Shown here in pieces: positions 29,011-38,524 of a stretch of DNA of 64,000 nt. The DNA lies in the IMG/VR virus record IMGVR_UViG_3300031566_000024. One strand, written 5' to 3'. Made by a program: the position numbers and the translations under genes. The first letter of the stretch is position 1. Every line of letters begins with the position of its first letter. The notes under the pieces were generated by a model. It was not told where the DNA came from and did no database searches. It worked only from the letters and a program-made list of their open reading frames with translations. The DNA comes from an uncultured virus (IMG/VR IMGVR_UViG_3300031566_000024). Its lineage: Duplodnaviria > Heunggongvirae > Uroviricota > Caudoviricetes.

Positions 29011-30474
29011 ATGGGCACATATATAGACGCAACAGGATTTCACAAAAAAACACTCTCAACACTATTGTCTGAAATGCAAACGGATTTTAAAACCGAATTT
29101 GGTAATGACTTGGATCTTGCACCATCCGGAACAGCTGGACAATTAATTAGTATTATGACAAAAGATTTTGCTGATTTGTGGGATGGTGCAGAAGAAATTT
29201 ACACTGCAAGAGACCCGGACGAGGCGACCAGTACGAGCTTAGATAATATCATTGTAGAAAACGGCATTAAAAGACTTGAAGCGACAAAAACAACTGTACT
29301 TGATGTAATGCTTACAGGTGATCAGGGCGTGATTATTGCAGCCGGGAAACGTGCAAAAAATCCTAATCAGATAATTGAATATATATTAGATAGTGCTGTA
29401 ACTATTGATCAAACGGTTGCAAGAGAGGGTTACATTAGTGTGGGTACGCTTACAACAATAGTAACTTACACAGTTACTATTGACGCTACACCTTACGCAT
29501 ATGTAGCACTAATTACCGACGACGAAGAAGCCGTATTAACAGAAATCAAAACCCTTATCGATGCAGGCGCGTGGGGCGGTACTGTTACAGTAACAGGTAA
29601 TTCAATGAAAATTGAAAACACTACACCTTTTGATTTTGATGTTACAAATTTGGATATAGATGGGATTTCCAATCCTGGTAATTTCACAGCCGATACTGCA
29701 GGAGCCTACACGCTTGCTGCAAATTCACTAACAGAAATTGTAACGCCTGTTACAAATTGGGATAGCATCAACAATGCTGGTGCAGGACTTACCGGTAGAA
29801 ATGTAGAAACCGACAGCGAGGTAAGAATTCGCCGGTGGGTAAGTATTTTGAACGGATTGGCAACTGATCAATCCATTGCTGAAAGCATATTCAACAATGT
29901 AACAGGCGTCACGGCTGTGTCTGTCATAAGTAACAGGTCTGATATTGTTGATATAGATGGGCGTGACGCTCATTCTTTTGAGTCAATTGTTGTGGGAGGT
30001 GGTGACACTACAATTGCCGAAGAAATTCTGCGAACACAACCGGCAGGAATTCAAAGTTTTGGGAACACAACCGAAATAGTTAATGATTCGCAGGGCGTCC
30101 CTCAAACAATTAATTTTTCAAGACCCGTCAATCAATATATACATGTACGAATTAGCAGAAGTCTATATAGTGAAGAGAGCTACCCCGCAAATGGTGATGA
30201 ACTAATCAAAAGTAACATTGTTGCATGGTCGCTATTGTCTGCCAACATTGGTGTAGGAAAAGATGTAATTCGCCAACGGTTAGCCACACCCGTTTACGGC
30301 GTAAGTGGCAATACTATATATCCCCTTATACCGGGGATTGAAGACATATTAATTGAATTGGATGTTACACCGAATCCAGGCGACACGCCTACATTCACGC
30401 AAACAAACATTACAATTGCAGCGCGTGAAATTGCCGTATTTGCTATAACAAGAATAACTGTACAAGTGCTATAA
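29011..30474 (+). CDS. Baseplate J-like protein
   Basis: DP..A....LD, GRNVETDSE.R.R, HSFE..V.GG, PAGI...G, FSRP. Confidence 0.92.
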   Translation: MGTYIDATGFHKKTLSTLLSEMQTDFKTEFGNDLDLAPSGTAGQLISIMTKDFADLWDGAEEIYTARDPDEATSTSLDNIIVENGIKRLEATKTTVLDVMLTGDQGVIIAAGKRAKNPNQIIEYILDSAVTIDQTVAREGYISVGTLTTIVTYTVTIDATPYAYVALITDDEEAVLTEIKTLIDAGAWGGTVTVTGNSMKIENTTPFDFDVTNLDIDGISNPGNFTADTAGAYTLAANSLTEIVTPVTNWDSINNAGAGLTGRNVETDSEVRIRRWVSILNGLATDQSIAESIFNNVTGVTAVSVISNRSDIVDIDGRDAHSFESIVVGGGDTTIAEEILRTQPAGIQSFGNTTEIVNDSQGVPQTINFSRPVNQYIHVRISRSLYSEESYPANGDELIKSNIVAWSLLSANIGVGKDVIRQRLATPVYGVSGNTIYPLIPGIEDILIELDVTPNPGDTPTFTQTNITIAAREIAVFAITRITVQVL

Positions 30475-30484
30475 GGAGTGAAAA

Positions 30485-31072
30485 ATGACAAAAGAATTAA
30501 GCCAAATAGCAGATTACACAAGTAATACGGAGTTACTATTAAGCGAATATTTCACAAAAGAAAATGTTCAAAAAATATTAAAAATATTTAGTCAGCAATG
30601 TGATGATCTTGAAACTGCACAGTTTGAAATACGTGACGAATTCTGGATTGACACCGCCGAAGGTGTACAACTTGATATACTCGGAAAGATCCAAGGCATC
30701 ACACGTGACGGACTTAATGACACAGATTATCGTACGATAATAAAAACAAAAATAGTAATCAATAATGGAAGTGGTGAATTTGAAACAATCATACAGGCCC
30801 TAACCGGCCTTTTCGGTGCCACAACTGTCATACTAAAAAACATAGGAAATGCCACATTGTCAGTAAGTGCAGACATATCATTGACAGTATCAGAATTTAC
30901 AATCTTATTAGATCTGTTTGCGGCTGGCGTGGGTGTAATATTCAAAGAAATTACTACAAACCCTTTTCAATTTGACACAATTAATCAAGGGTTTGGTATA
31001 CCGACTGTACCAGGCAACTTACCAGACAACACAGCAGCAGGTGGCAATCTTAGTGCCGTGCTTTCAACATAA
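30485..31072 (+). CDS. Baseplate wedge protein (DUF2612-like)
   Basis: IDTAEGVQLD.LG.I.G..R.G..D.DYR..IK.KI..N. Confidence 0.88.
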   Translation: MTKELSQIADYTSNTELLLSEYFTKENVQKILKIFSQQCDDLETAQFEIRDEFWIDTAEGVQLDILGKIQGITRDGLNDTDYRTIIKTKIVINNGSGEFETIIQALTGLFGATTVILKNIGNATLSVSADISLTVSEFTILLDLFAAGVGVIFKEITTNPFQFDTINQGFGIPTVPGNLPDNTAAGGNLSAVLST

Positions 31073-31093
31073 ATTTATTAAGGAGTTAACACA

Positions 31094-33226
31094 ATGGCAA
31101 TAAAACCATTAGATGATCTTACTTTTGCAACAGCATCAATAACAGATCCGGCTACCGGACAGCCAAACAAGATAGTACCTAACGTAACTTATCAGACAAA
31201 TGGGTGGGTGAGTTTTGATACAGCCCCTTTTTCTTGGTTTAATTACTTGTTTAACGGCTATTACACGTGGCAACAATATTTTGAAGCCACTACTGACGAT
31301 ATTTTACTAAATAATCTGACAATTGCAGGGAATAAAACTTTTTCAGGGAGTACTATATTTCAAGCTAACATTAATGTAGACATTAATGTGTTTTCGGTTA
31401 ACACAACGTCAAATTTAGTTGGCGTCAAAGCTGATTTGGCTGTGGTATCGCCGGGGGCCGACGGTCTAATTGCAGAAGGCATTTTTCCAGTTACTTCACG
31501 CCGTGACACAAGCACAGTTGGTTTCAGTGTATTACAGTCTTTTCAAATGAAAAACAGTAGCGGCGACTACACACCTTATGCTAATTTTCTGTCTGTTATC
31601 GATGATAACACCGCCGGAGCCGAGTGTGGTTCTTTTCACATACGCTGTGTGAGTGCGGGCAATATAAGCACCCCTCAATTTATTTTCAACGATACTGGAA
31701 ATTTTACAGCAATTACAAGTATAACGATTAATGATACATTTATTAATGCTTCCGAAATAGGGATTAATAAATTAACAACGGGCAACAGGACTGCAAAACT
31801 TGATTTGTATTCGGATGATACAAATCCTTTTGGTTTAGAAATTCTAAGAAGTAGTGGTGTAAATGGTACTACGCAGCTATTGCATCATGGTACTGGCAAT
31901 CTAAGCTTTGAAACATTAGACACAAGTGCAATGAATTTTTCGACTGGAAGTACCAGCCGTGCTGTTATAGAGGCAAATGGTAATTTTGCATATAAAACAA
32001 ATTTACTTTTCGTAGATTATGTTAATAGCCGAATCGGTATCAAAAAAACTCCAACGGTGCACAACCTGGAAGTGCTAACAAGCGCTGCTATTGGAAGCAC
32101 TGTTGTAGCATCAAGCATGATTGGTATTAATCAATTAGGTACTGGTGATAGGGGCGCCTATATAGATTTTGTAGCAGAGGATACCAACCCAAATTCCGTA
32201 AGAATTATAAGAAATAGCGGAGTGAATGGTAGTTACAGCACAACTAATCAAGGCGACGGTCAAACGGTATATGAAAATGTTGGTATCGGATCACATAGAT
32301 TTCGAAATAATGGCGCCGATTCATTATATGTAACTTCTGCAAATCAAATACAAGCAGTTGCGAATACCAATGCGACATCAAAAGACACCGGCGCCTTTGT
32401 GGTGACATTGGGCGGAATGGGAATTGAACAGGATGTATGGCTGGGTGGCAGCCTTAATCATGCGAGTGCGCTGTTATTCAAGACGGGGGGAAATGAAGGC
32501 TTACGCCTTAGTAATAGTAAACTTAGTACATTAGGAGAACTTACTCCTGATTGCAGCCCTGGGGGACTTACTTTACAGCAAGGGCCTAACGATGGTTATA
32601 TTTTAACATGTAAATCAACCGATGTTGCTCATGGTATGACAACAATAGCGGAAACAGACACATATGCAACCTTTGACAAGTTCCAAGGAGGACAAGGGGG
32701 ATTGCAAATTATAGGACTAAACGGAGGTACTGGAATTAGGGGTATCTCTATATCTAGTTACGCGCCCACAACAGATAATACTACTAGTGTGGCGGGAACT
32801 GGTCAAATCGAACTTGTCAGTTACTTAAAAACCGGAACAACCGGAGGAAGTTTAGCAAGTGACGCCAATTTACTTGCTATGCGTAATGCTGGACTAACTA
32901 GACACCTTTTTAAGGGTGATGGAGATATACGCACAAGTACAGGAGTTCTAAGTATATATGATAACGAAAACGACATGTTATTAGTACACGCAGCAAGAAA
33001 CGTGCTATCAGGGAATACCTCACCATTTAAGGATAATAAAGAGTTTAAAAAATACGCCACAAGACTAAACGAATTGGGTATCATTGAAAATGGATTTGTA
33101 AGTCATCACAAAATGATGCAGCTCAACTTAGGCGCAATGGGGCAAGTTTGGAATATGATTAAAGGTATGGCAAAAGAATTCAATATTTCAGAAAAAAAAC
33201 TATTAACCTTTGCAAAACAATATTAA
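31094..33226 (+). CDS. Tail fibre protein
   Basis: P..WFN.L N-terminal anchor; Gly/Asn/Thr-rich beta repeats with internal duplication (IGIN.L.TG.R.A..D...DTNP....I.R.SGVNG twice). Confidence 0.85.
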   Translation: MAIKPLDDLTFATASITDPATGQPNKIVPNVTYQTNGWVSFDTAPFSWFNYLFNGYYTWQQYFEATTDDILLNNLTIAGNKTFSGSTIFQANINVDINVFSVNTTSNLVGVKADLAVVSPGADGLIAEGIFPVTSRRDTSTVGFSVLQSFQMKNSSGDYTPYANFLSVIDDNTAGAECGSFHIRCVSAGNISTPQFIFNDTGNFTAITSITINDTFINASEIGINKLTTGNRTAKLDLYSDDTNPFGLEILRSSGVNGTTQLLHHGTGNLSFETLDTSAMNFSTGSTSRAVIEANGNFAYKTNLLFVDYVNSRIGIKKTPTVHNLEVLTSAAIGSTVVASSMIGINQLGTGDRGAYIDFVAEDTNPNSVRIIRNSGVNGSYSTTNQGDGQTVYENVGIGSHRFRNNGADSLYVTSANQIQAVANTNATSKDTGAFVVTLGGMGIEQDVWLGGSLNHASALLFKTGGNEGLRLSNSKLSTLGELTPDCSPGGLTLQQGPNDGYILTCKSTDVAHGMTTIAETDTYATFDKFQGGQGGLQIIGLNGGTGIRGISISSYAPTTDNTTSVAGTGQIELVSYLKTGTTGGSLASDANLLAMRNAGLTRHLFKGDGDIRTSTGVLSIYDNENDMLLVHAARNVLSGNTSPFKDNKEFKKYATRLNELGIIENGFVSHHKMMQLNLGAMGQVWNMIKGMAKEFNISEKKLLTFAKQY

Positions 33227-33264
33227 TTATATATTATAATGTAACAAAAACATAGGAGATATGA

Positions 33265-33642
33265 ATGATAAAAACAACGATTCAAAAATTACTTACAACC
33301 AAACACAGCATGGAAATGCTAATTGCAAAAGATTTTGACATGAAGAAAAGTTGGGAAATAGTGAAACTAATACAAGCCTGCGATGTCGAATTACTGGCTT
33401 TTGAAAAATTAAGAGATCAGTTATTGAAAAAGTACGAGCTTACTATCGAAACACTACAACAAGACATAACAGATCCGGTAATTATCGAAAATAAAAGAAA
33501 GCTTAATTCAGATATTAAAGCACTATTGGATAATGAAATTAGTCTTAATATTAACAAAATTGAAATTGATGTAAACACAAATATCAATATTGCACCAGGC
33601 GTGTTACTGGCATTATCTGATTTCATTACAATTTTGGAGTAA
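33265..33642 (+). CDS. Putative tail fibre chaperone
   Basis: Follows fibre; R..L.KKY, LL..E..L.I..I, L..L..FI pattern. Confidence 0.65.
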   Translation: MIKTTIQKLLTTKHSMEMLIAKDFDMKKSWEIVKLIQACDVELLAFEKLRDQLLKKYELTIETLQQDITDPVIIENKRKLNSDIKALLDNEISLNINKIEIDVNTNINIAPGVLLALSDFITILE

Positions 33643-33649
33643 ACAAAAA

Positions 33650-34039
33650 ATGAGTGATTACGAAAAAGCATTATATGAAATCATTGAAAAATTCAGATCG
33701 GAAATGACAGCGTTTCGAGAAGATGCAAAAACAGAAATCAGAGCCCAAACACAGGACATCAAAGAAATTATGGTAATCGAGTTCAACAAAATCCACACAG
33801 AATTAAGTACAATGAGTGACAAAATCTCAAATGAACATGACAAAAATATAGTGCAAGATATGTTAATCACACAGCTCGCAGCAGATATTGGTGGGCTGTC
33901 AAAACGGTTTACCGGGAAAATTGAGACGATGGAAAAAAACAAAACCAAATTAAATTTTTTGTGGGGTGGAGCTATACTATTATTATCTGTACTTTTTACA
34001 AAAATATTACCCTCAATTTTAACAAAATTCACACCTTAA
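33650..34039 (+). CDS. Coiled-coil protein with C-terminal TM helix (holin/lysis-module candidate)
   Basis: GGAG RBS; LNFLWGGAILLLSVLF; last gene of the late operon. Confidence 0.55.
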   Translation: MSDYEKALYEIIEKFRSEMTAFREDAKTEIRAQTQDIKEIMVIEFNKIHTELSTMSDKISNEHDKNIVQDMLITQLAADIGGLSKRFTGKIETMEKNKTKLNFLWGGAILLLSVLFTKILPSILTKFTP

Positions 34040-34045
34040 AAAATA

Positions 34046-34146
34046 GCTTGCTGCATATCCGGAAACACCACAGCAAGCATTTTAATAAATAAATTAACTC
34101 CTATTTATTTAACCCGGCGCTTTATCATTCAAGAGCCGGGTGTTTT
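34046..34146. terminator. Paired terminators between convergent operons
   Basis: GCTTGCTG/CAGCAAGC 34046-34078 and ACCCGGC/GCCGGGT 34112-34141. Confidence 0.75.
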
Positions 34147-34298
34147 ACTCGTATTTTTCAAAATAACCCTTTCTTTTAAACTCTTTCCGTACCCGTACCA
34201 ACTATTCCCCCTCCCATCTTCTAAACATTCTAATATGCAAGCGTCTCTCATTAATCGGTCATACTCTTTTTTGTAATTGTAATCATTTCATTATTCAT
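34145..34298 (-). pseudogene. Frameshifted small phage gene
   Basis: AGGAG RBS, MNNEMITITK then an A6 run; adding one A continues KEYDRLMRDACILECLEDGRGNSWYGYG. Confidence 0.55.
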
Positions 34299-34955
34299 TT
34301 ATTTTCTCCTTTGTTTTTCTGTTTTATTCCCATATTTCCAGCCGACAGAACATCCATTATTTATATTCCAATTCACAACATCAAGATTGGCTTGCCCCTG
34401 GGGAGTGCCTGGTTTGATTTCCATATTGTTGTTATTTAAATAAAGGCGTGTAAGTCCCATAAGTCCATTAAGCGGACTTATGGGACTTATTGAGTTACCG
34501 TCTAAATCAAGGTCCGTAAGTCCACTTAATGGGCTGATGTCGCTTATTGAATTGCTGTATAAATAAAGGTATTCACGCTCTGTAAGTCCTCTTAATGGGC
34601 TGAGGTCACTTATTGAGTTGTATGATAAATCAAGATATGTAAGCGCTGTAAGCCCACTTAATGGGCTTATGTCACTTATTTTGTTGTCGTCTAAATCAAG
34701 GGATGTAAGCGCTGTAAGCCCGCTTAATGGGTTTATGTCGCTTATTGAGTTGTTATATAAATTAAGGTCTGTAAGCGTTGTGCAGTATTCTAAACCGGCA
34801 ATATTTGAAATCTTTTTCATACTAGCACTTAATGATTTTATCAATACCAAATCAAAAGCCAAAATCTTTCCAGTTGGCTTGCCAATCTTTAAACGGATGA
34901 CAGATTCTAAATTTGGATCAGGAAAATTCACAACCATATTATTTTCATTTTTCAT
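34299..34955 (-). CDS. Internalin-like LRR protein 7 (6 LRR units)
   Basis: N-cap FPDPNLE..IR, 22-aa LxxLxxLxLxxNxIxDxxPL repeats, C-cap MEIKPGT.QGQ.NLD.VNW. Confidence 0.93.
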   Translation of the reverse strand: MKNENNMVVNFPDPNLESVIRLKIGKPTGKILAFDLVLIKSLSASMKKISNIAGLEYCTTLTDLNLYNNSISDINPLSGLTALTSLDLDDNKISDISPLSGLTALTYLDLSYNSISDLSPLRGLTEREYLYLYSNSISDISPLSGLTDLDLDGNSISPISPLNGLMGLTRLYLNNNNMEIKPGTPQGQANLDVVNWNINNGCSVGWKYGNKTEKQRRK

Positions 34956-35812
34956 TTATTTTCTCCTCTGATTTCCGTTTTATTTCCATATTTCCAGTTA
35001 ACGTCACACTCATTATCCAGATGCCTGTTAACAATATCAAGGTTAGTTTGTCCCTGGGTGGTGCCTGGTTTGATTTCCATGTCGTTGTTCTGTAAATAAA
35101 GGTATTTAAGCGCTGTAAGCCTGTTTAATGGTGTGATGTCACTTATTGAGTTGTTAGCTAAATGAAGGTATGTAAGAGCTGTAAGGCCGCTTAATGGGCT
35201 GATATCAGTTATTGAGTTGTTATCTAAACCAAGGATTTCAAGCGCTGTAAGCCTGCTTAATGGGCTTACGTCAGTTATTGAGTTGTATGATAAACAAAGT
35301 TCTGTAAGCCCTGTAAGCCTGCTTAATGTGCTTATGTCAGTTATTGAGTTACCGTCTAAATAAAGGTCTTCAAGTTCTGCAAGTCCACTTAATGGGCTGA
35401 TATCACTTATTGAGTTGTTATCTAAATGAAGATATGTAAGCGCTGTAAGTCCGCTTAATGGACTGATGTCACTTATTAAGTTATAGTATAAATAAAGTTC
35501 TGTAAGTGCTGTAAGCCTGCTTAATGAGCTTATGTCGGTTATTGAGGTGTTGTGTAAATCAAGGGATGTAAGCTCTGTAAGCTCTCTTATTGGGCTTAGA
35601 TCACTTATTGAGTTGTTATCTAAACCAAGGTATGTAAGAGCTGTACAACATTCTAAACCGGTAATATTTGAAATATCTTTATTGCTAGCACTTAATGATT
35701 TTATTCCGAACAAATCACAAGCCAAAATCTCCCCAATTGGCTTGTTGATCTCTAAACGGATGATAGATTCTAAATTTGGATCAGGAAAATTCACAACCAT
35801 ATTATTTTTCAT
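34952..35812 (-). CDS. Internalin-like LRR protein 6 (9 LRR units)
   Basis: Same caps, 9 units. Confidence 0.93.
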   Translation of the reverse strand: MKNNMVVNFPDPNLESIIRLEINKPIGEILACDLFGIKSLSASNKDISNITGLECCTALTYLGLDNNSISDLSPIRELTELTSLDLHNTSITDISSLSRLTALTELYLYYNLISDISPLSGLTALTYLHLDNNSISDISPLSGLAELEDLYLDGNSITDISTLSRLTGLTELCLSYNSITDVSPLSRLTALEILGLDNNSITDISPLSGLTALTYLHLANNSISDITPLNRLTALKYLYLQNNDMEIKPGTTQGQTNLDIVNRHLDNECDVNWKYGNKTEIRGENK

Positions 35813-36344
35813 TTATTTCTCCTTTGTTTTCAGTTTTATTCCCATATTTCCAGTTAACATAACAACCATTATCTATATGCCAATTAACAACATCAAGATT
35901 AGTCTGCCCTTGGGTAGTGTCTGGTTTGATTTCCATGTCGTTGTAATTTAAATCAAGGTATGTAAGAGCTGTAAGCCCACTTAATGGACTTATGTCACTT
36001 ATTTTGTTGTTATCTAAATAAAGCTTTGTAAGCTTTATAAGTCCACTTAATGGACTTATGTCAGTTATTAAGTTACCGTCTAAATAAAGTTCTGTAAGCT
36101 TTATAAGTCCATTAAGTGGACTTAGGTCACTTATTGAGTTGTCATTTAAACTAAGGTATATAAGCGCTGTGCAACATTCTAAACCGTTAATATTTGAAAT
36201 ATCCTTAAAACCAGCAATTAATGATTTTATCACGATCAAATCAGATTCTAAAATATCCCCAGTTGGTTTATTGATCTTAAAACGGATGATAGCTTCTAAA
36301 TTTGGATCAGGGAAATTCACAGCCATATTATTTTTATTTTTCAT
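35802..36344 (-). CDS. Internalin-like LRR protein 5 (4 LRR units)
   Basis: Same caps, 4 units. Confidence 0.93.
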   Translation of the reverse strand: MKNKNNMAVNFPDPNLEAIIRFKINKPTGDILESDLIVIKSLIAGFKDISNINGLECCTALIYLSLNDNSISDLSPLNGLIKLTELYLDGNLITDISPLSGLIKLTKLYLDNNKISDISPLSGLTALTYLDLNYNDMEIKPDTTQGQTNLDVVNWHIDNGCYVNWKYGNKTENKGEINEK

Positions 36345-37074
36345 TTATTTCTCCTTTGTTTTCCGTTTTATTTCCATATTTCCAGCCGACATAACACCCA
36401 TTATTTAGATGCCAATTAACAACATCAAGATTTATTTGCCCTTGGGGAGTGCCTGGTTTAATTTCCATGTCGTTGTTATCTAAATCAAGGGATGTAAGCG
36501 CTGTAAGCCCACTTAATGGGCTGATATCAGTTATTGAGTTGTTAGATAAACCAAGGTGTTTAAGCGCTGTAAGCCCACTTAATGTGCTGATATCAACTAT
36601 TTCGTTCATGTCTAAATCAAGGAATGTAAGCCCTGTAAGGCTGCTTAATGGTGTTAGGTCAGTTATTTTGTTGCCGGATAAATCAAGGGATGCAAGCCCT
36701 TTAAGGCCGCTTAAAGGGCTTATGTCGCTTATTAAGGTGACAGATAAATCAAGGGATGTAAGCTCTGTAAGCCCTCTTAATGGGCTGATGTCACTTATTG
36801 AGTTATCAGATAAATCAAGGCCTGTAAGAGCTGTAAGCCTGCTTAATGGGCTGATGTCGCTTATTGAGTTGCCGTATAAATAAAGGGATGTAAGCGCTGT
36901 ACAGTACTCTAAACCGGTAATATCAGAAATATCTTTATTGCTAGCACCTAATGATTTTATTTTGACCAACTCAGATGATAGGATATCCCCTGTTGGTTTG
37001 TTGATCTTAAAACGGATGACATCTTCAAGATTTGGATCAGGAAAATTCACACCCTTATTATTTTTATTTTTCAT
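36334..37074 (-). CDS. Internalin-like LRR protein 4 (7 LRR units)
   Basis: Same caps, 7 units. Confidence 0.93.
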   Translation of the reverse strand: MKNKNNKGVNFPDPNLEDVIRFKINKPTGDILSSELVKIKSLGASNKDISDITGLEYCTALTSLYLYGNSISDISPLSRLTALTGLDLSDNSISDISPLRGLTELTSLDLSVTLISDISPLSGLKGLASLDLSGNKITDLTPLSSLTGLTFLDLDMNEIVDISTLSGLTALKHLGLSNNSITDISPLSGLTALTSLDLDNNDMEIKPGTPQGQINLDVVNWHLNNGCYVGWKYGNKTENKGEINEK

Positions 37075-37930
37075 TTATTTCTCCTTTGATTTCTGTTTTA
37101 TTCCCATATTTCCAGTTAACATAACATCCGTCATTCAGATGCCAATTAACAATATCAAGATTAGTTTGTCCCTGGGTGGTGTCTGGTTTGATTTCCATGT
37201 CGTTGTTAGATAAATCAAGGTATGTAAGCTTTGTAAGTTCGCTTAGTGGACTTATGTCACTTATTGAGTTGCCGTCTAAATAAAGTTCTGTAAGCTTTAT
37301 AAGTCCACTTAATGGACTGAGGTCACTGATTGAGTTGACATTTAAACTAAGGTATATAAGCTTTATAAGTCCACTTAATGGACTTATGTCACTTATTGAG
37401 TTGTCGCATAAACCAAGGCGTGTAAGCGCTGTAAGCCCGTTTAATGGGGTGATATCAGTTATTGAGTTGCTATTAAAACTAAGTGATGTAAGCGCTGTAA
37501 GCCTGCTTAATGGTGTTAGGTTAGTTATTTTGTTGCCGGCTAAACCAAGAAATGTAAGCTTTGTAAGCCCTCTTAATGGGCTTATGTCTCTTATTGAGTT
37601 GTTGTCTAAACCAAGGCGTGTAAGTCCTGTAAGTTCACTTAATGGGCTTAGGTCACTGATTACGTTGTATGATAAACTAAGGTATATAAGCGCTGTAAGT
37701 TCGCTTAATGGACTGATGTCACTTATTGAGTTGCTATTTAAACTAAGGTCTGTAAGAGCTGTACAGTACTCTAAACCAGTTATATTTGAAATACCCTTAA
37801 AACCAGCAATTAATGATTTTATCCCGACCAAATCAGATGATAGAATATCCCCTTTTGGCTTGTTGATCTCTAACCGGATGACAGCTTCAAGATTTAGATC
37901 AGGAAAATTCACAACCATATTATTTTTCAT
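37064..37930 (-). CDS. Internalin-like LRR protein 3 (9 LRR units)
   Basis: Same caps, 9 units. Confidence 0.93.
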   Translation of the reverse strand: MKNNMVVNFPDLNLEAVIRLEINKPKGDILSSDLVGIKSLIAGFKGISNITGLEYCTALTDLSLNSNSISDISPLSELTALIYLSLSYNVISDLSPLSELTGLTRLGLDNNSIRDISPLRGLTKLTFLGLAGNKITNLTPLSRLTALTSLSFNSNSITDITPLNGLTALTRLGLCDNSISDISPLSGLIKLIYLSLNVNSISDLSPLSGLIKLTELYLDGNSISDISPLSELTKLTYLDLSNNDMEIKPDTTQGQTNLDIVNWHLNDGCYVNWKYGNKTEIKGEINEK

Positions 37931-38524
37931 TTATTTTCTCCTCTGATTTTCTGTTTTATTTCCATGTTTCCAGTTAACGTCACACCCATTATTCAGATGC
38001 CAATTAATAACATCAAGATTAGTTTGTCCCTGGGTAGTGCCTGGTTTTATTTCCATGTTGTTGTTATATAAATCAAGTTCTGTAAGAGCTGTAAGTTCAC
38101 TTAATGGGCTGATGTCACTTATTTTGTTGTCATATAAACGAAGGAATGTAAGCGTTGTAAGTCCTCTTAATGGACTGATGTCACTGATTGAGTTGCTATC
38201 TAAATAAAGCTTTGTAAGCTTTGTAAGCCCACTTAATGGACTGATGTCACTGATTGAGTTGCTATCTAAATAAAGCTTTGTAAGCTTTGTAAGCCCACTT
38301 AACGGACTGATATTGGTTATTGGGTTATCTTCTAAATCAAGTTCTGTAAGCGCTGTACAGTATTCTAAGCCGGTAATATCAGAAATATCAGACGAACTAG
38401 CATATAATTCAGTTATCACGATCAAATCAGATTCTAAAATATCCCCAGTTGGTTTATTGATCTTAAAACGAATGATATCTTCTAGATTTTTATCAGGGAA
38501 ATTCACAACCATATTATTTTTCAT
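37931..38524 (-). CDS. Internalin-like LRR protein 2 (5 LRR units)
   Basis: Same caps, 5 units, one exactly duplicated. Confidence 0.93.
   Translation of the reverse strand: MKNNMVVNFPDKNLEDIIRFKINKPTGDILESDLIVITELYASSSDISDITGLEYCTALTELDLEDNPITNISPLSGLTKLTKLYLDSNSISDISPLSGLTKLTKLYLDSNSISDISPLRGLTTLTFLRLYDNKISDISPLSELTALTELDLYNNNMEIKPGTTQGQTNLDVINWHLNNGCDVNWKHGNKTENQRRK
38166..38302. repeat. Perfect 66-bp-period tandem duplication of one LRR unit
   Basis: CTTAATGGACTGATGTCACTGATTGAGTTGCTATCTAAATAAAGC... starts at 38166 and again at 38232. Confidence 0.9.

Noticed and set aside
10152..34032. Minus-strand ORFs within structural genes (e.g. 24886-25485, 24052-24507)
   Set aside because: Antisense shadows of well-supported plus-strand genes
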